Shown in pieces: positions 37,623 through 47,022 of a DNA stretch of 64,000 nucleotides (its first letter is position 1; each line of letters begins with the position of its first letter). The position numbers and the translations under genes were made by a program. This stretch comes from an uncultured Gammaproteobacteria bacterium. GTDB lineage: Bacteria > Patescibacteriota > Microgenomatia > Levybacterales > GWA1-39-11. Where the stretch lies: positions 921 through 64,920 of the forward strand of contig CAZAJO010000008.1 of the NCBI GenBank assembly GCA_964485575.1, read 5' to 3'. A model generated the notes under the pieces. That model had not been told where the DNA came from and searched no databases. It saw nothing but the letters and a program-made list of their open reading frames with translations.

Positions 37623-39975
37623 GTGTTGGACTTGGCGTCGGCGTATTTGTCGGACTATTATTGTCATAATGATAATTCGATTTGTCAGATGGCCTTTTGT
37701 ATTTGTTGTCATCTTTATAGTGCTCGTTAACCCACGCATCAATCGCTTCTTGCCATCTATTCTTTCCGTCAGTTGAGACCGGATCATCTTCGACAAAATT
37801 TATCACTTCAATTGTATCGTAATCATTGCGAGACACTTCTTCGTCAGATGCCAATTTTCCTTGATCGTGTTTTGACATTTTCAGCGTTTTAAATATTGGA
37901 GATTTTGTTGTTGGCTCAGTCCCTTTGATGAAATATTCAACCCTTGTTGGTTGTCCATCAATTGGAAGACCCCCTGAGAAAGCATCAATTTGCTTATCAA
38001 TAATGCTATCAGGCTTTTTGAATTCTTCTTTTGAGGTTCCCTTAAGGACTCGTGTCATAACTTTATTCCAGATAGGAGATGCACCTGTTACACCTGACGC
38101 AATACGGGGATCGAGTGGTGTGTTGTCATTATTTCCAACCCAGACACCCACTGCAAATGATGGAGTATATCCGATTGTCCAGTTATCTCTTTTCTGGTCA
38201 GTTGTACCGGTTTTGACTGCAACAGTTCTCCCAGAGACATTGAGCCATGAATTTGGTCCAAAGGCTTCAGTTCTAGCATTATTATCAAGAAGAATGTGGG
38301 ATATTAAAAATGCCACTGACTCCTCAAGAACCTGCTGTTGACCTTTATCTTGATGCTTATAAAGAGTCTTTCCATGAGTGTCTTTTACTTCTTCTATTCC
38401 AAATGTTTCCTTCTTTTGACCGCCTCTCGCAAACACCGAGTAAGCAGAGGTTATCTGCACAAGACTTGCTTCACGTCCACCCAAAACAAGAGACAATCCA
38501 ACACTCTTAAGATGATCTGCGGTTGGCTCCCAATTTGAGATTCCCATATCAAAACCTTTTTGCATTACAGGCTTTATTCCAACCCGGGCAAGCATTTTCA
38601 CAGCTGGAATGTTAAGAGAATTACCTAGTGAGAAGCGTAGTTGGACAGGTCCTCTAAATTTACCGTCGTAATTGACAGGGGTATACGCTGTGTTGTTTCC
38701 GCTTCCATCGTTGACTGGAAAATCTGTCTTTACATCCATAATAAGAGTTGAAGGGGTATAACCCTTTTCAAGGGCAACAGCATACATTATCGGCTTTAGA
38801 CTTGATCCCGGTTGACGAAGCGAAGTTGCTGCGTTGAATTGCCCGTCGATATCGTCATTAAAATAATCGCGACTCCCAAGCATTGCAAGAATTCCTCCCG
38901 TTTTGACATCCAATACCATAACCGCTGCATTCTGGACTTTAAAATTCTTAAATCCCTCAAATTCTTTTGTAACAATTCCCTCTGCATCATCCTGAATGTC
39001 AGAATCCAGAGTAGTTTTGATAGTTAAGTTTCCATTACTGACATAATTCTCTCCAAACATATCCACTAATTGTTGTCGTACCCACATAACAAAATGGGGG
39101 GCCTTAATAGCTTCTGTCTTATGCTCTTTGAATGTGAAATTTGATATTTCCTTTAACGATTCGTCGGCTTGTTTTTGGGAAATATACCCTTCATCCTTCA
39201 TGCGTCTTAAAACGTCTTTGGAACGTCCAATGTAATTCTTGTCACTGTTTGAGAAAGGAGAATAATATGAAGGTAACTGTGGAAGACCTCCTAAGAATGC
39301 GCTTTGGGCGAGTGTCAGGTCTTTTGCGTGCTTGTTAAAATATAAATTGCTCGCCGCCTCAATTCCTACAGATGTTCCTCCATAAGGAATGTTGTTAAGG
39401 TACATCTCCAAGATCTGATCTTTAGAATATTTACTGTCAACCTGAACGGCTAAAATGAGTTCTTTCAGTTTTCTTGTGATACTTCGCTCTGATGTCAGAA
39501 GGGCAATTTTTACTAATTGTTGCGTAATAGTAGATCCTCCAGTTGCACGCTTTCTTAATAGTGGATCTAAAATCACTCCCCGGAACATACCGGTCAGAGA
39601 AAATCCTTTATTGCGCATAAAGTCCTTATCTTCAGTTGCGATTGTGGCATTTCGTAAATCCTGTGGAATTTGGTCAAGTTTTACATAAATACGATTGTAG
39701 TCTTTGTAGAAAGAGTAGAGGAGCTTTCCATTTTTGTCCAAAATTCTTGTCGAATCCTTTATGTTTCCGTTTGCTAATTTTCCGGGAGTTGGAAGATCTC
39801 GGCTTACCCAAAGAACATAAACAAACCCAAATAAAATTAATCCCACTAAACCAAAGAAGAGGTATTTAGCAAGCTTTGCTTCTAAAAATGCCGTTTTTGA
39901 AGCGAAAAATGGACGTTTTCTTTGTGCGGTTCGGCGCAGACGACTATAATGCTGCATGAGTAGTCTAGTATACAA
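37612..39975 (-). CDS. Class A penicillin-binding protein (bifunctional transglycosylase/transpeptidase, PBP1A-type) with a Pro/Thr C-terminal tail
   Basis: GT51 motifs ATEDKDFMRNKGF and GGSTITQQLVK. Transpeptidase motifs SLKP (SxxK) and KTGT. N-terminal TM helix. Tail ...SPTNTPTPSPTPTP. Confidence 0.9.
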   Translation of the reverse strand: MYTRLLMQHYSRLRRTAQRKRPFFASKTAFLEAKLAKYLFFGLVGLILFGFVYVLWVSRDLPTPGKLANGNIKDSTRILDKNGKLLYSFYKDYNRIYVKLDQIPQDLRNATIATEDKDFMRNKGFSLTGMFRGVILDPLLRKRATGGSTITQQLVKIALLTSERSITRKLKELILAVQVDSKYSKDQILEMYLNNIPYGGTSVGIEAASNLYFNKHAKDLTLAQSAFLGGLPQLPSYYSPFSNSDKNYIGRSKDVLRRMKDEGYISQKQADESLKEISNFTFKEHKTEAIKAPHFVMWVRQQLVDMFGENYVSNGNLTIKTTLDSDIQDDAEGIVTKEFEGFKNFKVQNAAVMVLDVKTGGILAMLGSRDYFNDDIDGQFNAATSLRQPGSSLKPIMYAVALEKGYTPSTLIMDVKTDFPVNDGSGNNTAYTPVNYDGKFRGPVQLRFSLGNSLNIPAVKMLARVGIKPVMQKGFDMGISNWEPTADHLKSVGLSLVLGGREASLVQITSAYSVFARGGQKKETFGIEEVKDTHGKTLYKHQDKGQQQVLEESVAFLISHILLDNNARTEAFGPNSWLNVSGRTVAVKTGTTDQKRDNWTIGYTPSFAVGVWVGNNDNTPLDPRIASGVTGASPIWNKVMTRVLKGTSKEEFKKPDSIIDKQIDAFSGGLPIDGQPTRVEYFIKGTEPTTKSPIFKTLKMSKHDQGKLASDEEVSRNDYDTIEVINFVEDDPVSTDGKNRWQEAIDAWVNEHYKDDNKYKRPSDKSNYHYDNNSPTNTPTPSPTPTP

Positions 39976-40004
39976 TTTTTGAGAGTAACAATCAAAAATG
40001 AAGC

Positions 40005-40478
40005 TTATTTCATGTATTTTTTGAGGTAATTTATTCTTTCAGTTTGGATGATGTATCTTCTGAAAGCGGAGTGGAGTGGGCGGGGCAAATTGTCGAGAGT
40101 GAACCATCCGATATCATCAATCTTATCCTTTTCCATGATTTTTACATTCCTTGGATCAACTTTAACGATAAATCCAATTGCTAGCCAGTGAGTCTTTATT
40201 CCTTTTTGAATACGTATCGCCGAGATTGCCGGAATCTGTTCCAGAATTTCTGCTTTACACCCCAATTCTTCTTTAACCTCTCGCAAAACTCCCTGCTCAG
40301 GCGTCTCTCCAAACTCTAATTGTCCACCCCCATTATCCCACCGTCCAACCTCATCTCTACAGGCTTTACCCCTTTTATGTAATAGGATGTTGCCTTTTCC
40401 ATCCATGCAATAAAAATTCATGGTAACTCCAATATAATCAATCCCAACTTTACGTTTCATAGTACAGCAGTATACCAA
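40005..40478 (-). CDS. NUDIX hydrolase
   Basis: Nudix box GGGQLEFGETPEQGVLREVKEELGC. The true start is likely MKRKVGIDYIGV. Confidence 0.85.
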   Translation of the reverse strand: MVYCCTMKRKVGIDYIGVTMNFYCMDGKGNILLHKRGKACRDEVGRWDNGGGQLEFGETPEQGVLREVKEELGCKAEILEQIPAISAIRIQKGIKTHWLAIGFIVKVDPRNVKIMEKDKIDDIGWFTLDNLPRPLHSAFRRYIIQTERINYLKKYMK

Positions 40479-40524
40479 ATGAGAATGTTATGGCAAAAAA
40501 ATCTAAATTGACTATAATCTATAT

Positions 40525-41718
40525 ATGGACGAAATAGAGCAATTACTGACCCGTGGCGTTGACAAGGTATACCCCTCAAAGGACGCTTTGGAGAAAGAAC
40601 TCCGTTCTGGCAAAAAATTAAAACTTTATGAAGGGTTTGATCCAACAGGAACAGATCTTCACATTGGGCACATGATAGGCCTTCGCAAATTGGCGCAATG
40701 GCAAAAATTGGGACATCATGTCATTTTTCTCATCGGAACAGGAACAGGGCAAGCTGGGGATCCATCCGGAAAGCTATCATCTCGTGAAAAATTCTTTAAC
40801 GAAGAGGAGTTAAAGAAAAACGCTAAAGACTATGTAATGCAGGCAAAAAAGCTTCTTGAATTTGAAGGGCCCAATCCTGTTGAAATCCTTTATAACGGCG
40901 ACTGGTTGAACAAACTTACACTTACCCAAATCTTAGAGATTTTTGGACACATTACCCATCAACAACTCATCGAACGAGATATGTTCCAGGAGAGGATAAA
41001 AGCAAACAGTGATATTAATATGAGGGAATTCATCTATCCGGTTCTTCAAGGGTATGATTCTGTTGCCATGAATGTCGATCTTGAGTTAGGAGGAACCGAT
41101 CAAACATTTAATATGCTTGTTGGTCGAAAACTCCAACGATCTATTAATAACCGGGAGAAATTTGTGATGACAACGCCACTTCTTACCGACTCAAAAGGTA
41201 CAAAAATTGGAAAATCTGAAGGCAATGTAATCGGTCTTACTGACAAGCCGGAGGACCTTTTCGGTAAAATCATGAGCCTTTCAGATGATGTAATTGTTAA
41301 GGCAATGGAGTATCTGACAGACATTCCGATGAGTGAGATACGTGAGATTGAAGAGAAAATAAAGCATGAGAATCCAATTATTTTTAAGAAAAGGTTGGCA
41401 TTTGAGATTGTGAAGCAATTGAATACCGAGAGTGACGCAAAAAGTGCAGAAGAAACATTTAGAAGCGTGGTGCAAGAAAAAACTGTACCATCAGATATAC
41501 CTGAATTTGATTTTCCAAACGGTACAACGGTTTCGGCATCAGCCACTTCAAACAACCTTGTTGATTCAAATTCTGAGTGGAAAAGACTCGTTTCCCAAGG
41601 TGCAGTTTCAGTAGATGGAAAGCGGATAGAAAATCCATTCATGAAAAATGATGAACTGCCCGCTGGCGGAATTCTCAAAATAGGAAACAGAAATTATGCT
41701 AAAATAAAAAAAAGCTAA
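40525..41718 (+). CDS. tyrS: Tyrosyl-tRNA synthetase
   Basis: HIGH motif TDLHIGHMIG, a KMSKS-like KIGKS, and a C-terminal S4-like domain. A TATAAT at 40514-40519 lies 5 nt upstream of the ATG. Confidence 0.85.
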   Translation: MDEIEQLLTRGVDKVYPSKDALEKELRSGKKLKLYEGFDPTGTDLHIGHMIGLRKLAQWQKLGHHVIFLIGTGTGQAGDPSGKLSSREKFFNEEELKKNAKDYVMQAKKLLEFEGPNPVEILYNGDWLNKLTLTQILEIFGHITHQQLIERDMFQERIKANSDINMREFIYPVLQGYDSVAMNVDLELGGTDQTFNMLVGRKLQRSINNREKFVMTTPLLTDSKGTKIGKSEGNVIGLTDKPEDLFGKIMSLSDDVIVKAMEYLTDIPMSEIREIEEKIKHENPIIFKKRLAFEIVKQLNTESDAKSAEETFRSVVQEKTVPSDIPEFDFPNGTTVSASATSNNLVDSNSEWKRLVSQGAVSVDGKRIENPFMKNDELPAGGILKIGNRNYAKIKKS

Positions 41719-41719
41719 C

Positions 41720-41821
41720 ATGGAAACAATACGGAAGAAAAAATGGATTATGCGCACCCTTATGGTCATCGTGACACTGGCTATGGTCGCAACCATCATT
41801 TTACCCTACGTCATACAATAG
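41720..41821 (+). CDS. Putative 33-aa hydrophobic peptide METIRKKKWIMRTLMVIVTLAMVATIILPYVIQ
   Basis: A short ORF that fills the tyrS-recG gap exactly. Its stop codon abuts the recG ATG. It has a single predicted TM helix and no homology evidence. Confidence 0.25.
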   Translation: METIRKKKWIMRTLMVIVTLAMVATIILPYVIQ

Positions 41822-43864
41822 ATGAATCTTGATACTCCTGTTGGAGAACTCGGACTTACATTCCGACTTAAAAAATCAGCACTTGCTAGACTCAACATTT
41901 TCACTCTAGGAGATCTCCTTTTTCATCTCCCATTCAGGTACGAGGACTTCACAAATGCCGTTACCATTAGAAATCTTAAGATAGGGCAACAATCTGTGAT
42001 AAGAGGAAAGGTTCTTGATATAAAGAACGAGTACACAAAAAAAAGGTTTGTTCTTCAAAAAGCAAAAATCATGGATGACACGGGAACTGTCGAATGCACT
42101 TGGTTCAATCAAACATATATAACCCGAATTATCCATAAAGGTGACGAAATAGGACTTGTCGGAAAGCTTGATTTTTTTGGGAAAAAACCCACCTTTCAAG
42201 TAAAAGAATATGAAGTCATATCCAACGAATCTGGGCTTCATACAACTGGATTTGTACCTGTTTACAATGAAACGAAAGGACTTTCATCCAAATGGTTACG
42301 AAACAGAATAAATGACATCCTCACTAATAATAAAACGACTGTTCAGGAATATTTACCTCTACAAGAATTGAAAAAACTCAACTTCGCCGATTTGTATACT
42401 GCTCTTAAGACTTGTCATTTTCCCCAAGATATAAAATCAGCTGACCTTGCACGAGCGCGACTAGCTTTTGATGAATTATTACTTTCACACTTAGCAGCAA
42501 TTAAAAGAAGACGCGAATGGGAAGAAAAAAATAAAGGAGTACCATTCCAAACTGCAAATTACAAACTGCAAACTACAAAATTTATAAACTCCTTGCCATT
42601 TGAGCTAACAGGTGGACAGAAAAAAGCACTCTCAGATATTGAAAATGATTTACAAAGGGATATACCAATGAATAGACTCTTGGAGGGGGATGTAGGTAGT
42701 GGAAAAACAGTTGTTGCAGCGATTTCGATGTATATAGCACACCTCAATTCTTTCCAGTCAGTACTAATGGCACCCACGGAGATTCTTGCCAACCAACATT
42801 ACGATACTATTTCAAAACTCTTCGAACCCCTAGGTGTTTCAGTCGGCCTCCTCACCGGTTCGTCCAAAACAGGTTCTAAACTCTCAACTCTCAACTCTCA
42901 ATTCTCAATTCTTGTAGGTACTCACGCTCTTATTCAAAAAAATGTGAATTTTGAAAAACTAGGACTTGTTGTCATTGATGAGCAGCAGCGGTTTGGGGTA
43001 GAACAGCGCTCGATCTTACGAGAAAAAGGTACTAACCCTCATTTCTTGACGATGACTGCAACACCTATCCCAAGAACAATTCTCTTGGCTGTATATAAAG
43101 ACCTTGATATTTCATTATTAAATGAATTGCCGAAGGGAAGGCAAAAGATAAAGACTTGGCTTGTCCCCAACAAAAAAAGAGAGAAAGCATACGAATGGAT
43201 AAAAAAACAGATTGTCGAAAGTGAATTTGCCGATCAAGCATTTATTGTTTGTCCATTTATAGAAGATTCTGAAAGCATGGACACCATCAAAGCAGCAAAA
43301 TCAGAGTTTGAAAGGTTGCAGCATGAGGATCTGAAAGGACTCAAGCTTGGATTGTTACATGGAAAAATGACAGGAAAAGAAAAAGATCAGGTGCTTATGG
43401 ACTTTAAGGATAAAAAAACACACGTACTTGTCGCAACACCTGTTGTTGAGGTAGGAATTGATATACCAGGTGCCACAATCATGGTAATTGAGGCCGCCGA
43501 GCGATTTGGACTTTCCCAGCTACACCAGCTCCGAGGTAGGGTAGGCCGGGGTGACAAGCAGTCTTATTGTCTCTTATTCACCGAATCTGAATCTGAGATT
43601 GCTACAAAAAGACTATCATTTATGGAAACTTCCCATAGTGGTTTTGAACTTGCAGAGTTGGATCTAAAACTTCGTGGTGGAGGAGACCTTTTCGGTACAC
43701 GCCAACACGGAGCAGGCGGCATGAAAATTGCAGATTTTTCAAATTTTGAACTTGTTGAAAAAGCAAAAAACGAAGCTGAATATTTGATCAAAGATCTGGA
43801 AAATAATCCGAAGCTTTTAGAAAAAGTGGAAAGTGTCTCGCAAAAATTAGTCCACCCCGACTAG
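41822..43864 (+). CDS. recG: ATP-dependent DNA helicase RecG
   Basis: Walker A GDVGSGKT, DEQQRFGV, TATPIPRT and QLHQLRGRVGRG. N-terminal wedge-like domain. Confidence 0.9.
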   Translation: MNLDTPVGELGLTFRLKKSALARLNIFTLGDLLFHLPFRYEDFTNAVTIRNLKIGQQSVIRGKVLDIKNEYTKKRFVLQKAKIMDDTGTVECTWFNQTYITRIIHKGDEIGLVGKLDFFGKKPTFQVKEYEVISNESGLHTTGFVPVYNETKGLSSKWLRNRINDILTNNKTTVQEYLPLQELKKLNFADLYTALKTCHFPQDIKSADLARARLAFDELLLSHLAAIKRRREWEEKNKGVPFQTANYKLQTTKFINSLPFELTGGQKKALSDIENDLQRDIPMNRLLEGDVGSGKTVVAAISMYIAHLNSFQSVLMAPTEILANQHYDTISKLFEPLGVSVGLLTGSSKTGSKLSTLNSQFSILVGTHALIQKNVNFEKLGLVVIDEQQRFGVEQRSILREKGTNPHFLTMTATPIPRTILLAVYKDLDISLLNELPKGRQKIKTWLVPNKKREKAYEWIKKQIVESEFADQAFIVCPFIEDSESMDTIKAAKSEFERLQHEDLKGLKLGLLHGKMTGKEKDQVLMDFKDKKTHVLVATPVVEVGIDIPGATIMVIEAAERFGLSQLHQLRGRVGRGDKQSYCLLFTESESEIATKRLSFMETSHSGFELAELDLKLRGGGDLFGTRQHGAGGMKIADFSNFELVEKAKNEAEYLIKDLENNPKLLEKVESVSQKLVHPD

Positions 43865-43866
43865 TA

Positions 43867-43895
43867 TTGCCATTAAGCCTCAAATTCTGTATAAT
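43867..43895 (+). promoter_or_regulatory. Candidate sigma70-type promoter TTGCCA-N17-TATAAT for rpmF-nusB-rnc, with the -10 ending about 10 nt before the ATG
   Basis: -35 at 43867-43872 and -10 at 43890-43895. Confidence 0.4.
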
Positions 43896-43905
43896 ACTGA
43901 GAAGT

Positions 43906-44082
43906 ATGCCACAAGAGCCAAAGAGAAGACATTCTAGACAAAGAAAGGGGAAAAGACGAAGCTCTATTTCTCTTGATTCAATTGCAGCCTCAGTTTGCAA
44001 AAACTGTGGATCTGTAGTTGTACCTCACACTATCTGCAAAGCATGCGGATATTACAAAGGCCGCCAAGTACTTTCTAAATAA
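43906..44082 (+). CDS. rpmF: 50S ribosomal protein L32
   Basis: MPQEPKRRHSRQRKGKRRS...CKNCGSVVVPHTICKACGYYKGRQV has the L32 basic N-terminus and a CxxC..CxxC zinc ribbon. The track start 43867 is over-extended. Confidence 0.8.
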   Translation: MPQEPKRRHSRQRKGKRRSSISLDSIAASVCKNCGSVVVPHTICKACGYYKGRQVLSK

Positions 44083-44091
44083 TATAACTTC

Positions 44092-44445
44092 ATGAAAACT
44101 GCTCTTGATCCAAGGCATAAGAAGAGACAGGACATTGTTCAACTTCTTTTTTCCTACAGTTTTTTAGAACAAAAAATTTCTGATCCAAAAGCTCGAGAAG
44201 TAATATCAAAAATTCCGGAATTGGATCTACAAATAAATAATATAGCTCCCGAATTCCCAATAGACAAAATCAACAAAGTTGACCTGTCTATTTTACGTCT
44301 GGCTATTTATGAGTTACAATTTGAGAAGAGCACTCCACCGAAAGTAATCATTGATGAAGCAATTGAGTTAGCTAAAGAATTTGGAGGAGAATCGTCTCCA
44401 GGCTTTATAAATGGAGCTCTTGGGAAGTTGTTAAAAAGTCTATGA
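44092..44445 (+). CDS. nusB: Transcription antitermination factor NusB (short form)
   Basis: N-terminus RHKKRQDIVQLLFSYSF is NusB-like. All-helical 117-aa product. Conserved neighbourhood upstream of rnc. Confidence 0.6.
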   Translation: MKTALDPRHKKRQDIVQLLFSYSFLEQKISDPKAREVISKIPELDLQINNIAPEFPIDKINKVDLSILRLAIYELQFEKSTPPKVIIDEAIELAKEFGGESSPGFINGALGKLLKSL

Positions 44446-45113
44446 ATGTTAAATTACCAGAATTCAAGGATGAAAAAATCCGAAAACTAGTTTTTACCCA
44501 TAGGTCATACCTTAACGAAAATAAAGAGGTACAAGAGTCAAATGAGCGTCTTGAATTTTTGGGGGATAGTATCCTTTCATTTGTCGTTTCATCCCACATC
44601 TACTCACAACACCCGGACATAAAAGAAGGGGATCTGACTAGTCTCAGATCAGTTCTAACAAATACGCAGACTCTGTATCTCGTCTCAGAAGCTTTAGGAC
44701 TTGGCAATCTACTTACTATGAGTAAAGGGGAGGAAGACGGCGGTGGAAGGACGAACAAGACTATTCTTGCAAATACTTACGAGGCTGTTGTGGGAGGTCT
44801 TTATCTTGATCAAGGGATAGATGCAGCTCGGGAATTCATTACTCAAACTATTATTGAGAATGCTAATGAATTCGTAGGATCTCAAGGACTAAAAGACGCA
44901 AAAAGCATGCTGCAAGAATATATGCAAGAAAAGTTTAAAGTCAGTCCTGATTATAGAATCTTGGATGAGCAAGGACCTGATCACGACAAAAATTATACTT
45001 CAGGCGTATTTTTGAATGGTGAATTGATAGCCAAAGGGGTAGGACATTCAAAACAAGAGGCTGAAAAAGACGCTGCACAAAAGGCTCTTGAGACAATGAA
45101 CGTTTCATATTAA
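44442..45113 (+). CDS. rnc: Ribonuclease III
   Basis: Signature ERLEFLGDSILS and a C-terminal dsRBD. Confidence 0.9.
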   Translation: MNVKLPEFKDEKIRKLVFTHRSYLNENKEVQESNERLEFLGDSILSFVVSSHIYSQHPDIKEGDLTSLRSVLTNTQTLYLVSEALGLGNLLTMSKGEEDGGGRTNKTILANTYEAVVGGLYLDQGIDAAREFITQTIIENANEFVGSQGLKDAKSMLQEYMQEKFKVSPDYRILDEQGPDHDKNYTSGVFLNGELIAKGVGHSKQEAEKDAAQKALETMNVSY

Positions 45114-45121
45114 TTAAATGC

Positions 45122-45150
45122 TTGTAATTGAGCCTCAAAAATAGTACAAT
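45122..45150 (+). promoter_or_regulatory. Candidate promoter TTGTAA-N17-TACAAT for rpsP-KH-trmD
   Basis: -35 at 45122-45127 and -10 at 45145-45150, 11 nt before the rpsP ATG. Embedded in the inverted repeat tgtaattg...caattaca. Confidence 0.4.
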
Positions 45151-45161
45151 TACACCTTACT

Positions 45162-45428
45162 ATGTTAGTTATTAGATTTACAAGAACAGGAAAAAGAGGA
45201 GAGAGAAAATACAGACTCGTCGTCAAAGAAAAGAGAAGTAAAAGAGACGGCAAGCCTGTAGATTTGCTTGGCTTCTACGAAAAAACAGTTAATTCCGTAA
45301 CGAAGGAATTCGATGCTGACAAAATAAAGTACTGGATTTCAAAAGGCGCACAAATGACACCTTCTGTTAAGGACGTTATTGAAGGTGTTAAAAGAGAAAA
45401 AAAGGTAAAGGCTCCAAAAACAAATTAA
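45162..45428 (+). CDS. rpsP: 30S ribosomal protein S16
   Basis: MLVIRFTRTGKRGERKYRLVV. Confidence 0.85.
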   Translation: MLVIRFTRTGKRGERKYRLVVKEKRSKRDGKPVDLLGFYEKTVNSVTKEFDADKIKYWISKGAQMTPSVKDVIEGVKREKKVKAPKTN

Positions 45429-45429
45429 C

Positions 45430-45678
45430 ATGAAAGAAACACTCGAATATATTCTTGCTGCAATCATTGACAATAAAGATGTTACTGTTACAGAAAGCGA
45501 GGAAGAGGGAAGCATTATCCTAACAATTCACGCTCCACAAGAAGAAATAGGAAGAATCATCGGAAAAGGCGGAAAAGTCATCAACGCTATGAAGCAGTTA
45601 GTAAAAATTCAGGCAATCCGCGAGAACAAAAGAGTTGAAATAAATGTAGAAGAGTCAGAATCAGAACCCCAAGAGTAA
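45430..45678 (+). CDS. KH-domain RNA-binding protein (YlqC-like)
   Basis: GRIIGKGGKVINAMKQLV has the GXXG loop. Conserved position after rpsP. Confidence 0.8.
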   Translation: MKETLEYILAAIIDNKDVTVTESEEEGSIILTIHAPQEEIGRIIGKGGKVINAMKQLVKIQAIRENKRVEINVEESESEPQE

Positions 45679-45679
45679 C

Positions 45680-46366
45680 GTGAAAATCTCCGTTATAACA
45701 CTGTTCCCAGAAATATTTGAACCTATTCTCAATCATTCTATTCTAAAACGTGCCACTGAAAAAGGGCTGGTCGAATTTAATATCGTCAGTCACAGAGATT
45801 TTGGAATAGGAGCTCACAAAACGGTTGATGATAGACCATATGGAGGGGGAGCTGGGATGGTTTTACGAGTTGACGTCTTAAGTCAAGCAATTGATTCCGT
45901 AAAAATGAACCTAGAAGGCGAAGTTGTGGCTCTTATGGATCCACAAGGAGAAGTCTATTCTCAAGAAAAGTCAGAAGATTTTTCAAAACTCAATCATCTT
46001 ATTTTAGTTTGTGGACACTATGAAGGATTTGATGAGAGAGTACGGGATCTGGTAGACGTTGAGATATCTGTAGGAGACTATGTCCTTACCGGAGGCGAAA
46101 TTCCTGCAATGATCATTCTAGACAGCGTGACAAGACTTGTTGATGGGGTACTTAAAGACAAAAATGCAACCAGATTTGAATCACATTCAAAAACAGAAGA
46201 GGGTAGAATCCTTGAAGGTCCAACGTACACAAGACCGGAAGAATACAATTCAAAGAAGGTACCGGAGGTATTATTGTCAGGCGATCCAAAGAAAATAGCT
46301 GAATTTAAAAAAAACGAGGCCATCAAAACTACGAAGAGCAAGAGACCCGATCTTCTCAAAGACTAA
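45680..46366 (+). CDS. trmD: tRNA (guanine37-N1)-methyltransferase with a GTG start
   Basis: MKISVITLFPEIFE... is SPOUT TrmD-like. Confidence 0.85.
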   Translation: MKISVITLFPEIFEPILNHSILKRATEKGLVEFNIVSHRDFGIGAHKTVDDRPYGGGAGMVLRVDVLSQAIDSVKMNLEGEVVALMDPQGEVYSQEKSEDFSKLNHLILVCGHYEGFDERVRDLVDVEISVGDYVLTGGEIPAMIILDSVTRLVDGVLKDKNATRFESHSKTEEGRILEGPTYTRPEEYNSKKVPEVLLSGDPKKIAEFKKNEAIKTTKSKRPDLLKD

Positions 46367-47019
46367 CGCCAACTCTTAAGAGTGTTAAGTTGAGATTCTT
46401 CTGCTTTCGTTAAGTTTTTAACAGCAGTAGTATCGGCGTTTAAGGGTCTTATCGTTACCGGTTTATAATAGAAATTAACGTCAAGTCTTGCATCAGATTT
46501 TGCCAAATCAATAGCCTTTATATCCACCAACGGAATACTTTTATACAATTCTTGAGCAAATTTGCGTAGATTAACATTTTCTCCTGAAGCATTCACTAGA
46601 ATATTAAGAAATGGTATGCCATTCACTACTTTAGCAGTAGGCTGCACCTTCTTATCAGTTTCTGAAGCATAAATTCCACCTACTTTAATACTAAAACCAC
46701 CGAGCTTTACTCCTGCTCTTTCTGCTGCCTTATTGAGCTCAGTGTATATCAAAACTACGTCTTTTTGTAAAGGGAGCGCTGTAGTTACTACTTCATAATT
46801 CTCGTCAACGACTGCTTGCGGAAGAGAATTGAGTAGGGTTACGCTTTGGTCTTTTGCATCGACTGTCGAAGATTTTGTGGTCAATAATGATTGCACGTCT
46901 TGGATGTCGGACCACTGGGGCATTACAATCCGGAAAAACACGAAAAAGGAAGCAAAGCCAAATATCAAAGGCAACAATTGTTTCTTTCTTTTTCTGTAAA
47001 TCAATTCTAACTCGTGCAT
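46363..47019 (-). CDS. pilO: Type IV pilus assembly protein PilO-like
   Basis: N-terminal TM helix. Position downstream of pilM-pilN. The 3' end overlaps trmD by 4 nt (convergent). Confidence 0.55.
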   Translation of the reverse strand: MHELELIYRKRKKQLLPLIFGFASFFVFFRIVMPQWSDIQDVQSLLTTKSSTVDAKDQSVTLLNSLPQAVVDENYEVVTTALPLQKDVVLIYTELNKAAERAGVKLGGFSIKVGGIYASETDKKVQPTAKVVNGIPFLNILVNASGENVNLRKFAQELYKSIPLVDIKAIDLAKSDARLDVNFYYKPVTIRPLNADTTAVKNLTKAEESQLNTLKSWR

Positions 47020-47022
47020 ATA

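Noticed and set aside
42875-42912. ctctcaactctcaactctcaattctcaattct microrepeat resembling the pilin-leader DNA motif
   Set aside because: It lies inside recG and encodes an ordinary KLSTLNSQFSILVG segment at the position expected for the RecG helicase core. The resemblance is codon-level coincidence.
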